Below are positions 27,384 to 36,205 of a stretch of DNA of 58,020 bases, in pieces. A program made the translations under genes and the position numbers. The notes beneath the pieces were generated by a model. The model worked only from the letters and a program-made list of their open reading frames with translations, searched no databases and had not been told where the DNA came from. How positions within the stretch are numbered: position 1 is the first letter of the stretch; every line of letters starts with the position of its first letter. The stretch covers positions 1-58,020 of the forward strand of contig JBBTTC010000017.1 in NCBI GenBank assembly GCA_038064435.1, given 5' to 3'. The stretch is from Patescibacteria group bacterium. GTDB lineage: Bacteria > Patescibacteriota > Minisyncoccia > Phycocordibacterales > JACOZG01.

Positions 27384-27715
27384 TCGGTGCCGGGTGATCG
27401 TCGTCCGCCCAAAGCTTCGGCCTTGTGGTGGATGAAGGAAAGTCCGAACACTCCTCTGGCTTTCGGGCTAGAGAGCCGGGTAGCAGGTAACGCCTGTCGT
27501 TCGCTTAAAGTCTCGCGACATTATGGCGAACCGAGGTGCGAACAGAGACGAGTCTCCGCCTAAAGCTTTACGGCATTATGGCGGAGGGTGAAACGGCTAA
27601 ATCCTTACCCGAGTGCAAGGCCGTGTCCCGATAAGGGAAGTGCCGCTGGATCCATCAAGCGATTGATGGACAAGATAAATGATCACTTAAACAGAATTCG
27701 GCTTACGAGCGCCGA
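27384..27715 (+). ncRNA. rnpB: RNase P RNA
   Basis: GGAAAGTCC and AACAGAATTCGGCTTA universal P4 motifs; P1 TCGGTGC/GCGCCGA. Confidence 0.94.
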
Positions 27716-27786
27716 TCATTTCAATTTGCTCCAGCTAGTCGCTGGGGCATTTTGATTTTTTGCGCTACGCCGCCCCATAATTTATA

Positions 27787-30006
27787 ATGAGCGGAATTAT
27801 GGTTAGAAAAACTGTCGACTCGACTTGGTATGCGCCGCAATCCTTGGCCGGCTATTTTTTCTTGATCGGTGTGGTGGTAGCACCGATTATTGTTGGTCCC
27901 AGTCTAATGGTGCCACTGGCTGTCAGTAAGACTTTTTGGTTTACCTTGGTGGCTGTTTTGTCTGCCAGTGCTATTTTGCTTGATCACATTACGGCGGGAC
28001 GTTTGTTTTGGCCTCGTGGTTTGGTTTTGCCGGCAATGGGTTTGGCGACAATGCTCGCCGCGGTAGCTAGTTGGTGGGCGCCGAATTTTAAGCAAGCTTG
28101 GTTGGGTTTGTCGGGAGAGACTGCCACGTTATCTTTTTTGGCGAGTGCCTTCATTTTTTTAGTTTTGGCGGCGTTAATTTTACGGCACAACAATTGGTTA
28201 GAGCGATTTTATTTTTTTACTGTGCTTGGGATTGCTCTGGGTATCGTCTGGAGTTTACTGGCGATTGTTTTCTTTAATCTTGGTTGGGCGCCGGCCTTTT
28301 TGGCTTCTCGGTCAGTGATTGGCGGCGGATGGTTTGATCTGGCCGCTTTGTCGGGCTTGGGTTTGATCATTGGTTTAAGTTTGTGGGAATTTGGGATGAT
28401 TACCGTTCGTTGGCAGAAAAGTTTGATTAGCGGTGCGGTAGTTTTGTGCTTGCTTGCTTTGGCGATTTTGGATCAAACACGATTGTGGTTGCCAGTGGGT
28501 TTGACCGCTGTGGCCATTTTTGTTTTTCGTTTGGGAGTCTTGGAGCGTCGTCGCCCGTCCTCTTTTCGGCCGGCGATGGTTGTGGTGATTTTTGCGATTT
28601 TCCTTTTATCGTGGGGTAGACCGGGCGGTAGTTTGTTGGGCGGTCAGTTGGCCGAGTGGCGAGGTGGAGTTGGTGTGCCCAGTGATTTGACGATGGCGCG
28701 TAGCGCCAGCCAAATTTGGTCGATGATGTTGTCGGGCCTAGATAGTAATTTATGGTTTGGGCGTGGCGGGTGGGGATTGGGTACCGGTGGTTGGGCGGTT
28801 GTACTTGCTTGGTGTTTAGTAGCAATGGCGTTGGCGCGCGAGGTTGGCCGATCTCTCCGGCAAGCTTGGCGGAATGCTGACTCTGACGAGTTGGCCCGGG
28901 CCTTCGTGGCGACCCTGGTAACCTTTGACTTGTGGTGGATAAATTTTTTCTATTCCCCCGGACCAGTACTACGTTATCTGGCTTTTATTTGGATCGGTGT
29001 GCTGTTGGCCGCGCTGAGTCGGGTCGCCGGTTATCGACCATATGAATGGTTGGCGGGGAAGATGTGGCGCCGCCGCTTGCCTTTCATGGCCGTCAACGGT
29101 TTGGTGTTAATTGTTGTTTGGGCTGGTGGCTATTTGGCAGTTGAGCGTTTGGTGGCGAGGCATTACTCGGCCCAGGCCGCCACCCTAGCGGCCGCCGGTC
29201 AAGCAGAGGCCGCCGCTGAGAAAATTGATCGAGCTATATCTATGGATGAGCAGGATTATTACCATCGACAGGCGATTGAAATTTATTTACTTCGTTTAGA
29301 AAAACTGTTGGCCGTAGCCGGTCCCACTCCTACCGATGCTCAACTCGACGAGGTCAGCAATTTAGCTAATCGCCTGACCTTAACCACCGAGTCGGCACTC
29401 GCCATTAATTCGCAGTCGGCTAGAAATTGGGCGACGCGTGGTGTGGTGTTTGGTCGTTTGGCTACCCTGGGTATCAATGGTGTTGCTGAGCAGGCTCGAG
29501 CGGCTTATGATCGTGCTAGTCAACTGGAGCCCACCAACCCCCAGTGGCCATATCAGGCGGCGCTTGGTTTGCTGGGCCAGCTTGATCAGCCGGTGGTGGC
29601 CGCTTATCTTGATCGGGCTATCAGCATTGATCCCAACTATATTCCGGCGCGTTTGCTAGGTGTGCGATTGCTCGAAGAGGCCGGCAATTGGCCGCTCGCC
29701 GAAAGTGAGTGGCGAGCGCTAACACGTCTTGATCCTATTAACTTCGCAAATTGGTTTGGGTTGGGCGTGAGTCGTTATCGGCAAAATAATTTTACTGGCG
29801 CTCTTGATGCCCTGACCCAAGCTCTAGTGCTCAATCCTGATTATGCTAACGCTCGCTATTTTTTGGCGCTAGTTTATGATGAGTTGGGTCGGGATGACGA
29901 GGCCATTCGTGAGCTGGAGGTTATTGCCGCCGCTAACTCCGACCGGGCTGATTTACAGGAAATGATTACTCGTTTGCGATCTGGTCAATCAGCTCTGGTT
30001 AAATAA
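27787..30006 (+). CDS. Polytopic membrane protein with C-terminal TPR repeats (O-antigen-ligase-like architecture)
   Basis: About 12 hydrophobic segments followed by TPR-like repeats (ALVLNPDYANARYFLA). Confidence 0.6.
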   Translation: MSGIMVRKTVDSTWYAPQSLAGYFFLIGVVVAPIIVGPSLMVPLAVSKTFWFTLVAVLSASAILLDHITAGRLFWPRGLVLPAMGLATMLAAVASWWAPNFKQAWLGLSGETATLSFLASAFIFLVLAALILRHNNWLERFYFFTVLGIALGIVWSLLAIVFFNLGWAPAFLASRSVIGGGWFDLAALSGLGLIIGLSLWEFGMITVRWQKSLISGAVVLCLLALAILDQTRLWLPVGLTAVAIFVFRLGVLERRRPSSFRPAMVVVIFAIFLLSWGRPGGSLLGGQLAEWRGGVGVPSDLTMARSASQIWSMMLSGLDSNLWFGRGGWGLGTGGWAVVLAWCLVAMALAREVGRSLRQAWRNADSDELARAFVATLVTFDLWWINFFYSPGPVLRYLAFIWIGVLLAALSRVAGYRPYEWLAGKMWRRRLPFMAVNGLVLIVVWAGGYLAVERLVARHYSAQAATLAAAGQAEAAAEKIDRAISMDEQDYYHRQAIEIYLLRLEKLLAVAGPTPTDAQLDEVSNLANRLTLTTESALAINSQSARNWATRGVVFGRLATLGINGVAEQARAAYDRASQLEPTNPQWPYQAALGLLGQLDQPVVAAYLDRAISIDPNYIPARLLGVRLLEEAGNWPLAESEWRALTRLDPINFANWFGLGVSRYRQNNFTGALDALTQALVLNPDYANARYFLALVYDELGRDDEAIRELEVIAAANSDRADLQEMITRLRSGQSALVK

Positions 30007-30013
30007 TCAAACT

Positions 30014-31564
30014 ATGTTTAATTGGCCGCGGGCGGCCGTTATTTTGGCCGTCTCATCGCTTTTGTCGCAAATTCTCGGTTTGTTCCGTGATCGTTTGTTG
30101 GCCGGTAGTTTTGGCGCCGGCACCGAGCTCGATATTTACTATGCCGCTTTTCGTTTGCCCGACTTACTCTATGTTTCGCTCGGGTCTTTGGTTTCGGTGA
30201 CCATTTTGGTGCCAATTATTATCGAGCGACGACAGACGGGCGTGGAAGCCACCGAGAGGTTAATTGGTTCGTTGTTTACCGTGTTTAGTTTGTTTATGTT
30301 AGTTGGACTGACGGTAATTTTTTTCTTGGTGCCGCTTTTGGCTCCGGTTTTGGCTCCCGGCTTTACGCCCGTCGCCCATAGTCAATTTATTTTACTGACC
30401 AGAATTTTGCTTCTCTCGCCGTTTCTTTTGGGTTTGTCCAATTTGGTGGGTAGCGTTGGTCATGCCGCGCAACGTTTTACTCTCTATGCTTTAAGTCCGT
30501 TGGTTTATAATTTGGGTATTATTGCGGGCATTATTTTTTTGGTGCCACGCTGGGGTTTGGCCGGGTTGGCGCTGGGGGTGGCGCTCGGTGCTCTTCTTCA
30601 TCTGGTTGTTCAGTGGCCCAATTTGCATCATCATGGCTTGCGACCACGCTGGGTGTGGCCCATTGCTTGGCGTGAGGCGCTGGAGGTGGCACGTCTGTCT
30701 TTGCCGCGCACCTTGGGGCTCGCCGCTCATCAGTTAGCCTTTTTAGTCTTAACAGCTTTGGCTTCACGATTGGCCGTTGGTTCGATTGCTATTTTTAGTT
30801 TGGCTTACAATTTGCAATCGGTGCCACTGGGCTTGGTGGCCATGAGTTATGCGGTAGCCGCCTTTCCATCTCTAACCGCGGCGCGAGTTAAACAGGATTG
30901 GGACGCTTTTCGTCGTGAGGTAATTAATGCCGCGCGACAAATCATCCTTTGGTCGGCGCCGCTTTTGGTTTTAACCATTATTTTGTCAGAACGTTTAGTG
31001 CGCCTTTTGTTCGGGGTGGGACGATTTAGTGACGTTGATGTTAAACTTACCGCCACGGTGCTGTCGGTTTTTATTGTTTCGCTCTTGGCCCAAGGTTTAA
31101 TTTCGCTTTTGATTCGGGCTTATTACGCGGCCGGTTATACTCGCCGGCCGCTCATTGTTAATCTCTTTGGCGCCGCCCTGATGATTGTGGTAGCCGCTGG
31201 GTTTATTTATTTTTTCCCAGCCGCTGACTGGAGTCTGTTTATTTTACCCGGCGCCTTTTCGCTGGCTATGATAATTAATCTAATTTGGCTGTGGCGGGAT
31301 TTTCATCACGATTTGGGTGGAGGAGGGCTTAACCCTATTTATTTTGGGAAAATTATTTTGGCCGCGGTGTTGGCGGCGCTCACCAGCGCACTGGTAGTCT
31401 ATTTTTGGCCGGTTACTATTGCTAGCACCTACGTCAATTTGTTGGTCAGTACGGCCGCGGCTGGCTTGGCTGGTTTGAGCGCGTATCTTCTCGTCATTTA
31501 CCTCTCGAGCCAATCTGTGTTAAAACTTACTCACCATGACCAACCCGGAAATACGAAATTTTAG
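30014..31564 (+). CDS. murJ: Lipid II flippase MurJ/MviN
   Basis: SQILGLFRDR, AAFRLPD, LIRAYYA motifs; many TMs. Confidence 0.9.
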   Translation: MFNWPRAAVILAVSSLLSQILGLFRDRLLAGSFGAGTELDIYYAAFRLPDLLYVSLGSLVSVTILVPIIIERRQTGVEATERLIGSLFTVFSLFMLVGLTVIFFLVPLLAPVLAPGFTPVAHSQFILLTRILLLSPFLLGLSNLVGSVGHAAQRFTLYALSPLVYNLGIIAGIIFLVPRWGLAGLALGVALGALLHLVVQWPNLHHHGLRPRWVWPIAWREALEVARLSLPRTLGLAAHQLAFLVLTALASRLAVGSIAIFSLAYNLQSVPLGLVAMSYAVAAFPSLTAARVKQDWDAFRREVINAARQIILWSAPLLVLTIILSERLVRLLFGVGRFSDVDVKLTATVLSVFIVSLLAQGLISLLIRAYYAAGYTRRPLIVNLFGAALMIVVAAGFIYFFPAADWSLFILPGAFSLAMIINLIWLWRDFHHDLGGGGLNPIYFGKIILAAVLAALTSALVVYFWPVTIASTYVNLLVSTAAAGLAGLSAYLLVIYLSSQSVLKLTHHDQPGNTKF

Positions 31565-33341
31565 TATCATCGCTCATATTGACCACGGCAAGAGCACCTT
31601 GGCCGATCGTTTGTTGGAATTAACCGGTACTATTCCCGAGCGTCAAATGCGGGCTCAGGTGCTCGACAGTATGGAATTGGAGCGCGAGCGGGGTATTACC
31701 ATCAAAATGCAACCCGTGTGCATGATGTATCGCCATGCCGGTTGTGACTACATTCTAAATTTGATTGACACGCCGGGGCACATTGACTTTGCCTACGAGG
31801 TCTCGCGGGCTCTGGCCGCCGTTGAGGGCGTGGTGTTGCTCATTGATGCCGTTAAGGGTATTCAGGCCCAAACGGTGTCGGTGCTAAATATGGCCCGGGC
31901 GCTCGGCCGCACCATTATTCCGGTACTTAACAAAATCGACTTGCCAGCCGCGGCCGTGGAGGAAAATCGCCAAGCGGTGGCTCGCTTGGTGGGTGTGGCG
32001 CCAAACGAAGTGCTGGCTGTTTCCGCCAAAACTGGCGAAGGAGTGGTGGGCGTGCTCACGGCCGTAGTCGAACGTTGCCCACCGGCCGCGATTGATGGAA
32101 CGGGAGTGCAGGCCCTAGTTTTTGATTTTGAATATTCAACTCACCGCGGTTTGATTGTTTATGTACGTTTGTTATCTGGGCAAATTAAGGCTGGCGATCA
32201 ACTTTTGTTTTGTTCGCAAGGCGAGAAGTTCACCGCGCTGGAGGTGGGCGTTTTTTCGCCGGCGCCGCAAGCAGCGCCGGCTCTCGCCGCCGGCACCATT
32301 GGTTACATCGTGACGGGCATAAAAAATGCTAGTCGCCGGCGAGTGGGTGACACCGTGACTACGGCCGCGGCACCGGCACCGGCCGTGGCTGGCTATGCCG
32401 AGCCACGGCCGGTGGCCTGGGCCTCAATTTATCCGTCCAGTCAGGATGATTTTACGCCCTTGCGTCAGGCGTTGGAGCGTTTAGCTCTGGCCGATTCATC
32501 CTTGTCGTTTGAAGAAGAGTCGTCGGGAGCGTTGGGCCGCGGCTTTCGTGCCGGTTTTTTGGGATTACTGCATTTGGAAATTATCACCGAGCGATTACGA
32601 CGAGAATTTAAGCTCGATCTGATTATTTCTTTGCCCTCGATTAGTTACCAAGTAATGGCGCCCGGCGCCAAGGAGCCGGAGGTTATTTATTCACCCCACC
32701 TGTTTCCGGCCGAGACTAAGGGTTACCACATTGCCGAGCCGTGGGTAGAAGCCGAGATCATCACACCGCCGGCGATCATCAACGCGATAGTTAAAATAAT
32801 CAATGATCATGAGGGGGTAATTATGACGACGGAAAATTTTAGTGCTGACCGCAACTTGCTCCGCGTCGAATTGCCGCTCCGAGAGTTAATGCGCAGTTTT
32901 TTTGCCGAACTCAAAACCGTGTCTTCCGGTTTTGCCTCATTGTCGTACCAGTCGCTAGTTGCTGATGGTGGCTGGCGGCCGGCGGCGGTGACGCGCCTTG
33001 ACCTTTTGGTGGCTGAAGAATTAGTGCCGGCTTTCTCGCGCGTGGTGTCTTTGGCGCGGGTAGAGGCCGAAGCTAAGGTTGCGGTGGAACGTTTGGCCGA
33101 GATCCTGCCGCGACAACTGTTTGTGGTTAAAATTCAGGCTCGGGCCTTGGGCCGGATTATTGCTTCACGCACCTTGACCGCACTTAAAAAAGACGTCACC
33201 GGTTATCTCTACGGCGGTGATATTACGCGTAAACGTAAATTGTGGGAAAAGCAAAAACGTGGCAAGAAAAAGTTATTGAGCCGCGGTCAGGTTAATATTC
33301 CGGCGGAGGTGTTTCTTAAGATGATTAGCTCACACCAATAG
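31536..33341 (+). CDS. lepA: Elongation factor 4
   Basis: IRNFSIIAHIDHGKSTLADR, GFRAGFLGLLH, KKDVTGYLYGGDITRKRKL motifs. Confidence 0.96.
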   Translation: MTNPEIRNFSIIAHIDHGKSTLADRLLELTGTIPERQMRAQVLDSMELERERGITIKMQPVCMMYRHAGCDYILNLIDTPGHIDFAYEVSRALAAVEGVVLLIDAVKGIQAQTVSVLNMARALGRTIIPVLNKIDLPAAAVEENRQAVARLVGVAPNEVLAVSAKTGEGVVGVLTAVVERCPPAAIDGTGVQALVFDFEYSTHRGLIVYVRLLSGQIKAGDQLLFCSQGEKFTALEVGVFSPAPQAAPALAAGTIGYIVTGIKNASRRRVGDTVTTAAAPAPAVAGYAEPRPVAWASIYPSSQDDFTPLRQALERLALADSSLSFEEESSGALGRGFRAGFLGLLHLEIITERLRREFKLDLIISLPSISYQVMAPGAKEPEVIYSPHLFPAETKGYHIAEPWVEAEIITPPAIINAIVKIINDHEGVIMTTENFSADRNLLRVELPLRELMRSFFAELKTVSSGFASLSYQSLVADGGWRPAAVTRLDLLVAEELVPAFSRVVSLARVEAEAKVAVERLAEILPRQLFVVKIQARALGRIIASRTLTALKKDVTGYLYGGDITRKRKLWEKQKRGKKKLLSRGQVNIPAEVFLKMISSHQ

Positions 33342-33440
33342 GGCGGGGATGTAGAGCAAAACCATGCCGGCCAAGACAATAAAACTAACGATGGCCCAGA
33401 TAATGTTGAGTTTACGGCGATTGTTTTTGTGGAGTAACAT
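33330..33440 (-). CDS. Small single-TM protein, 36 aa (below the ORF-track cutoff)
   Basis: MLLHKNNRRKLNIIWAIVSFIVLAGMVLLYIPALLV*: basic N-terminus plus one TM helix; fills the lepA-ftsL gap. Confidence 0.6.
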   Translation of the reverse strand: MLLHKNNRRKLNIIWAIVSFIVLAGMVLLYIPALLV

Positions 33441-33461
33441 TAGTGTTAGTATACAAAAGTC

Positions 33462-33842
33462 ATGAAAGAATTCCAAGGTCGTCGCCGGTGGTATTCACCA
33501 GTTGTTATTGTGATTTTGTTGGGTTTGGGTGTGCTTTTGGGCCGGGCGGTGTGGCGTTTGTATGGCGCGGAGCGTGTGGCAACGGCGCGATTAGAGCGAT
33601 TGGTTGCCGACTGGAAAAAGTTGGCCAAGCGGGAAGAGTTTTTAACCGTTAAACTAGCGGCGCTTAGCACCGCTCGCGGCATTGAGGAAGTGATTAGGGA
33701 AAAATTTGCTGTTGTTCGCTCGGGCGAGAAGGTGGTCAACATTGTCGGCGATGAGCCAACCACCACCCCGCTCGCAACTGATGAAACTTGGTGGCAAAAA
33801 GTAGTATCATTTTTTCAATCCAAAACCGAAGAGCGGGATTAG
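33462..33842 (+). CDS. FtsL/DivIC-like septum formation initiator family protein
   Basis: TM helix, coiled coil, GIEEVIREKF...GEKVV motif. Confidence 0.65.
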   Translation: MKEFQGRRRWYSPVVIVILLGLGVLLGRAVWRLYGAERVATARLERLVADWKKLAKREEFLTVKLAALSTARGIEEVIREKFAVVRSGEKVVNIVGDEPTTTPLATDETWWQKVVSFFQSKTEERD

Positions 33843-33876
33843 TTTAGTGGTAGGATCGGCCGCGGCCGACTTCCCA
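33833..33876 (+). pseudogene. tRNA-Gly-like 5' remnant
   Basis: GCGGGATTAGTTTAGTGGTAG (acceptor 5' strand plus D arm), then a palindrome and CTTCCCA; no T arm. Confidence 0.5.
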
Positions 33877-33888
33877 GAATATAGTTTG

Positions 33889-33959
33889 GCGGATGTGGTT
33901 TAGTGGCAGAACACGAGCTTCCCAAGCTCGGGGCCGGGGTCCGATTCCCCGCATCCGCA
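33889..33959 (+). tRNA. tRNA-Gly(CCC)
   Basis: Acceptor GCGGATG/CATCCGC; anticodon loop TTCCCAA; T loop variant TCCGATT. Confidence 0.9.
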
Positions 33960-34042
33960 CTGCTTTCAAATACTAAATTCCTTTTCATTGTACAACTAAC
34001 TCACGATCGTGAATTAGTGGTACAATGGATTTTATTTGAAAT

Positions 34043-34075
34043 AAAAAAAGCCCACACCATTACTGGTGCGAGCTT
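34043..34075 (-). terminator. Intrinsic terminator of the 34117-34473 gene
   Basis: Minus strand AAGCTCGCACCA-GTAA-TGGTGTGGGCTT followed by a T run. Confidence 0.75.
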
Positions 34076-34116
34076 GCTCGCGGCGGCACGTTAACCCATG
34101 TCAAGGTTGCATGTTG

Positions 34117-34473
34117 TCATTTCACAACTTGGGATCTTGACGGGAAGTATCTTCGGTAGAGTGCGAGCTCGCTATTACTGGCCGGCACGTTTGCAATGAC
34201 GTAAGCGCGATACGCAACCATATCACGCCGTGAGAGCACATCGCCATCTTTGTTTTCCCATAACGTGGTGGGAAAGACGGACGCTTTTGAGGTGATAGTC
34301 TTTGATGTTTTGTCGACAAACATCGGGCCGCCCGGGAAAACACCTTCCGTGGGATTGAGGATGATGAGATCACCCCTTTTGATTTTTTTGTTCTGGCTGT
34401 GGTAAGCAGCTAGTATGGCGGAACCAAAGGTGAGGGCAAGGACAAACACGACTTGAGAGAGCGGTTTTTTCAT
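34117..34473 (-). CDS. Hypothetical protein with N-terminal signal/TM
   Basis: 118-aa ORF with its own consensus promoter and terminator. Confidence 0.65.
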   Translation of the reverse strand: MKKPLSQVVFVLALTFGSAILAAYHSQNKKIKRGDLIILNPTEGVFPGGPMFVDKTSKTITSKASVFPTTLWENKDGDVLSRRDMVAYRAYVIANVPASNSELALYRRYFPSRSQVVK

Positions 34474-34548
34474 GGCATTGCCTTTCTCTAAATGAGTTAC
34501 AGTTTTTAAAGAACCAAAACTAATCCGATGACCTTTACTGCTTCTTTA

Positions 34549-34577
34549 ATTATACACCCGCACAAGGTATCTGTCAA
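34549..34577 (-). promoter_or_regulatory. Consensus sigma70 promoter
   Basis: TTGACA-17 nt-TATAAT on the minus strand. Confidence 0.8.
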
Positions 34578-34628
34578 GTGCAAAAAACAGGTGGCTTGGG
34601 TACACTAAATTACCTAGTAAATTAGCCA

Positions 34629-34916
34629 ATGTCCTCGACTTTTAAGCGCCAAAGGGAAGATTTTGAGTGCGAGCAGTGCGGGGCAAAAGTGGTGGGCGAT
34701 GGCTACACTAACCATTGCCCCGAATGTTTGACTAGCAAACACGTTGATGTTTTTCCCGGCGATCGGGCTGCGAATTGTGGCGGTTTGATGCCGGCCGTGG
34801 GCTGGGAACTTGACCATGGCCGGACGGTAATTATTCACCGTTGCACTAAATGTGGATTGGAAAAAAAGAATAAAGCAGCGGCCAGTGACAAGCTTGAAGC
34901 TCTATTGGCCGCATGA
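34629..34916 (+). CDS. RNHCP-domain zinc-ribbon protein
   Basis: FECEQCG, TNHCPECL.SKHVD..PGDRA..CGG.M, HRC.KCG motifs. Confidence 0.85.
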   Translation: MSSTFKRQREDFECEQCGAKVVGDGYTNHCPECLTSKHVDVFPGDRAANCGGLMPAVGWELDHGRTVIIHRCTKCGLEKKNKAAASDKLEALLAA

Positions 34917-34931
34917 TAAACTGAAATCCTT

Positions 34932-35189
34932 ATGAATAAAAAAGTCACCATCTATACCACCCCCACTTGCACCTATTGCCGTATGTCTAAGGCGTTCTTT
35001 CGCGAAAACAATATTGCTTATGACGAATTTGACGTGCAAAGCGACCTGGTTAAGCGTCAGGAGATGGTGGACAAAAGCGGCCAGCTCGGCGTGCCGGTGA
35101 TCGTGGTGGCCGACGTTACGACCGGTAAAGAGGAAATAGTGATCGGCTTTGATCGGCCGGAATTGACTCGACTGCTAATCAACAAATAA
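34932..35189 (+). CDS. Glutaredoxin-like (NrdH-type) redoxin
   Basis: YTTPTCTYC active site; SGQLGVPVI, IGFD motifs. Confidence 0.88.
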   Translation: MNKKVTIYTTPTCTYCRMSKAFFRENNIAYDEFDVQSDLVKRQEMVDKSGQLGVPVIVVADVTTGKEEIVIGFDRPELTRLLINK

Positions 35190-35201
35190 CCCGAACGACT
35201 C

Positions 35202-35273
35202 GCTCTCGTAGTTCAATGGATAGAACAGCCCCGTCCTAAGGAGCAGATGTAGGTTCGATTCCTACTGAGAGCA
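35202..35273 (+). tRNA. tRNA-Arg(CCT)
   Basis: Acceptor GCTCTCG/TGAGAGC; anticodon loop GTCCTAA; GGTTCGATTCC. Confidence 0.88.
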
Positions 35274-35314
35274 TAAGTTGCCGTCTGGCTCTAGATATTT
35301 TATACTGGGCGAGT

Positions 35315-35584
35315 ATGTATGGTGAAGATAAGCGGACGCTGGATCGTTTGCAGGAGCTAGCTGAAGATAATAACCGCATTTTGCACCGCCTTCAGCGCAC
35401 GGCGCGCTGGGCTAGCTTTTGGCGCGGGCTCAAATGGCTGCTGGTGTTGGCAGCGATTCTGGTTTCCTACTACCAGTTGCAACCCTATTTTGAAAGTTTG
35501 CGCGGCGTGTACGAATCTGTTCCCAAATCAACTGCTTCTTGGGCCGAACTGATTGAACAAGCATTAAAACCCAAGCCGAGGTAG
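35315..35584 (+). CDS. Small membrane protein
   Basis: 89 aa; LAEDNNRILHRL helix followed by a TM segment; stop codon lies inside tRNA-Phe. Confidence 0.7.
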   Translation: MYGEDKRTLDRLQELAEDNNRILHRLQRTARWASFWRGLKWLLVLAAILVSYYQLQPYFESLRGVYESVPKSTASWAELIEQALKPKPR

Positions 35585-35647
35585 CTCAGTCGGTAGAGCG
35601 TCCGCCTGAAGAGCGGTAGGTCGCCGGTTCGATTCCGGCCCTCGGCA
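35575..35647 (+). tRNA. tRNA-Phe(GAA)
   Basis: Acceptor GCCGAGG/CCTCGGC; anticodon loop CTGAAGA. Confidence 0.94.
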
Positions 35648-35737
35648 TCATGCAGGAAAAGTCAAAGAGTTTTGGTTCGCCTCGACGACTAATTTGTGTT
35701 AAATTTTGGGGGAAGAAAGTTTTTTAATCCAAATCAT

Positions 35738-36205
35738 ATGAATAAAATTCTTTTGAAAATCACCGGTTTGCTTTTTGTTTTTGGTGCTATTGATGTACTC
35801 GTAATTTTATATTGGTGGTTACGTTGTGGACAAACACAATCCGCTTTTTACTGTGACGCTTTTATGTTTGGTGGGATACTTTTACTTCTAGGTATACCGG
35901 CTTTGGTTTTGTTTGGCATGTCCGTAATCATCCTGGCTTTTTCTAAGTGGTATAAGGGAAATGTTTCTTCTATTGCTACATGGATAATTGTCATATTAGG
36001 AATAATTATTTTTGTTGTTCCCCATACACCCCTTTTACTTTCCAGCCAACAATCAAAGACATATCGTGGTTTTCTAAATCAGATGGAACAGAATAAGGCG
36101 GAACTGGAGAGGCGAAAAGAAGCACAGTGTATCGAGTATAAACAAAGAAGGTCTGAGTGGCGTGAGGGACAGCCAATGCCTGTTCCGCCTTTCGGATGTA
36201 ATTAG
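35738..36205 (+). CDS. Hypothetical membrane protein (AT-rich)
   Basis: Three TM segments followed by a charged tail. Confidence 0.6.
   Translation: MNKILLKITGLLFVFGAIDVLVILYWWLRCGQTQSAFYCDAFMFGGILLLLGIPALVLFGMSVIILAFSKWYKGNVSSIATWIIVILGIIIFVVPHTPLLLSSQQSKTYRGFLNQMEQNKAELERRKEAQCIEYKQRRSEWREGQPMPVPPFGCN

Noticed and set aside
33342-33365. GGCGGGGATGTAGAGC looks like a tRNA start
   Set aside because: It does not fold into a cloverleaf; it is the antisense of the 36-aa ORF.
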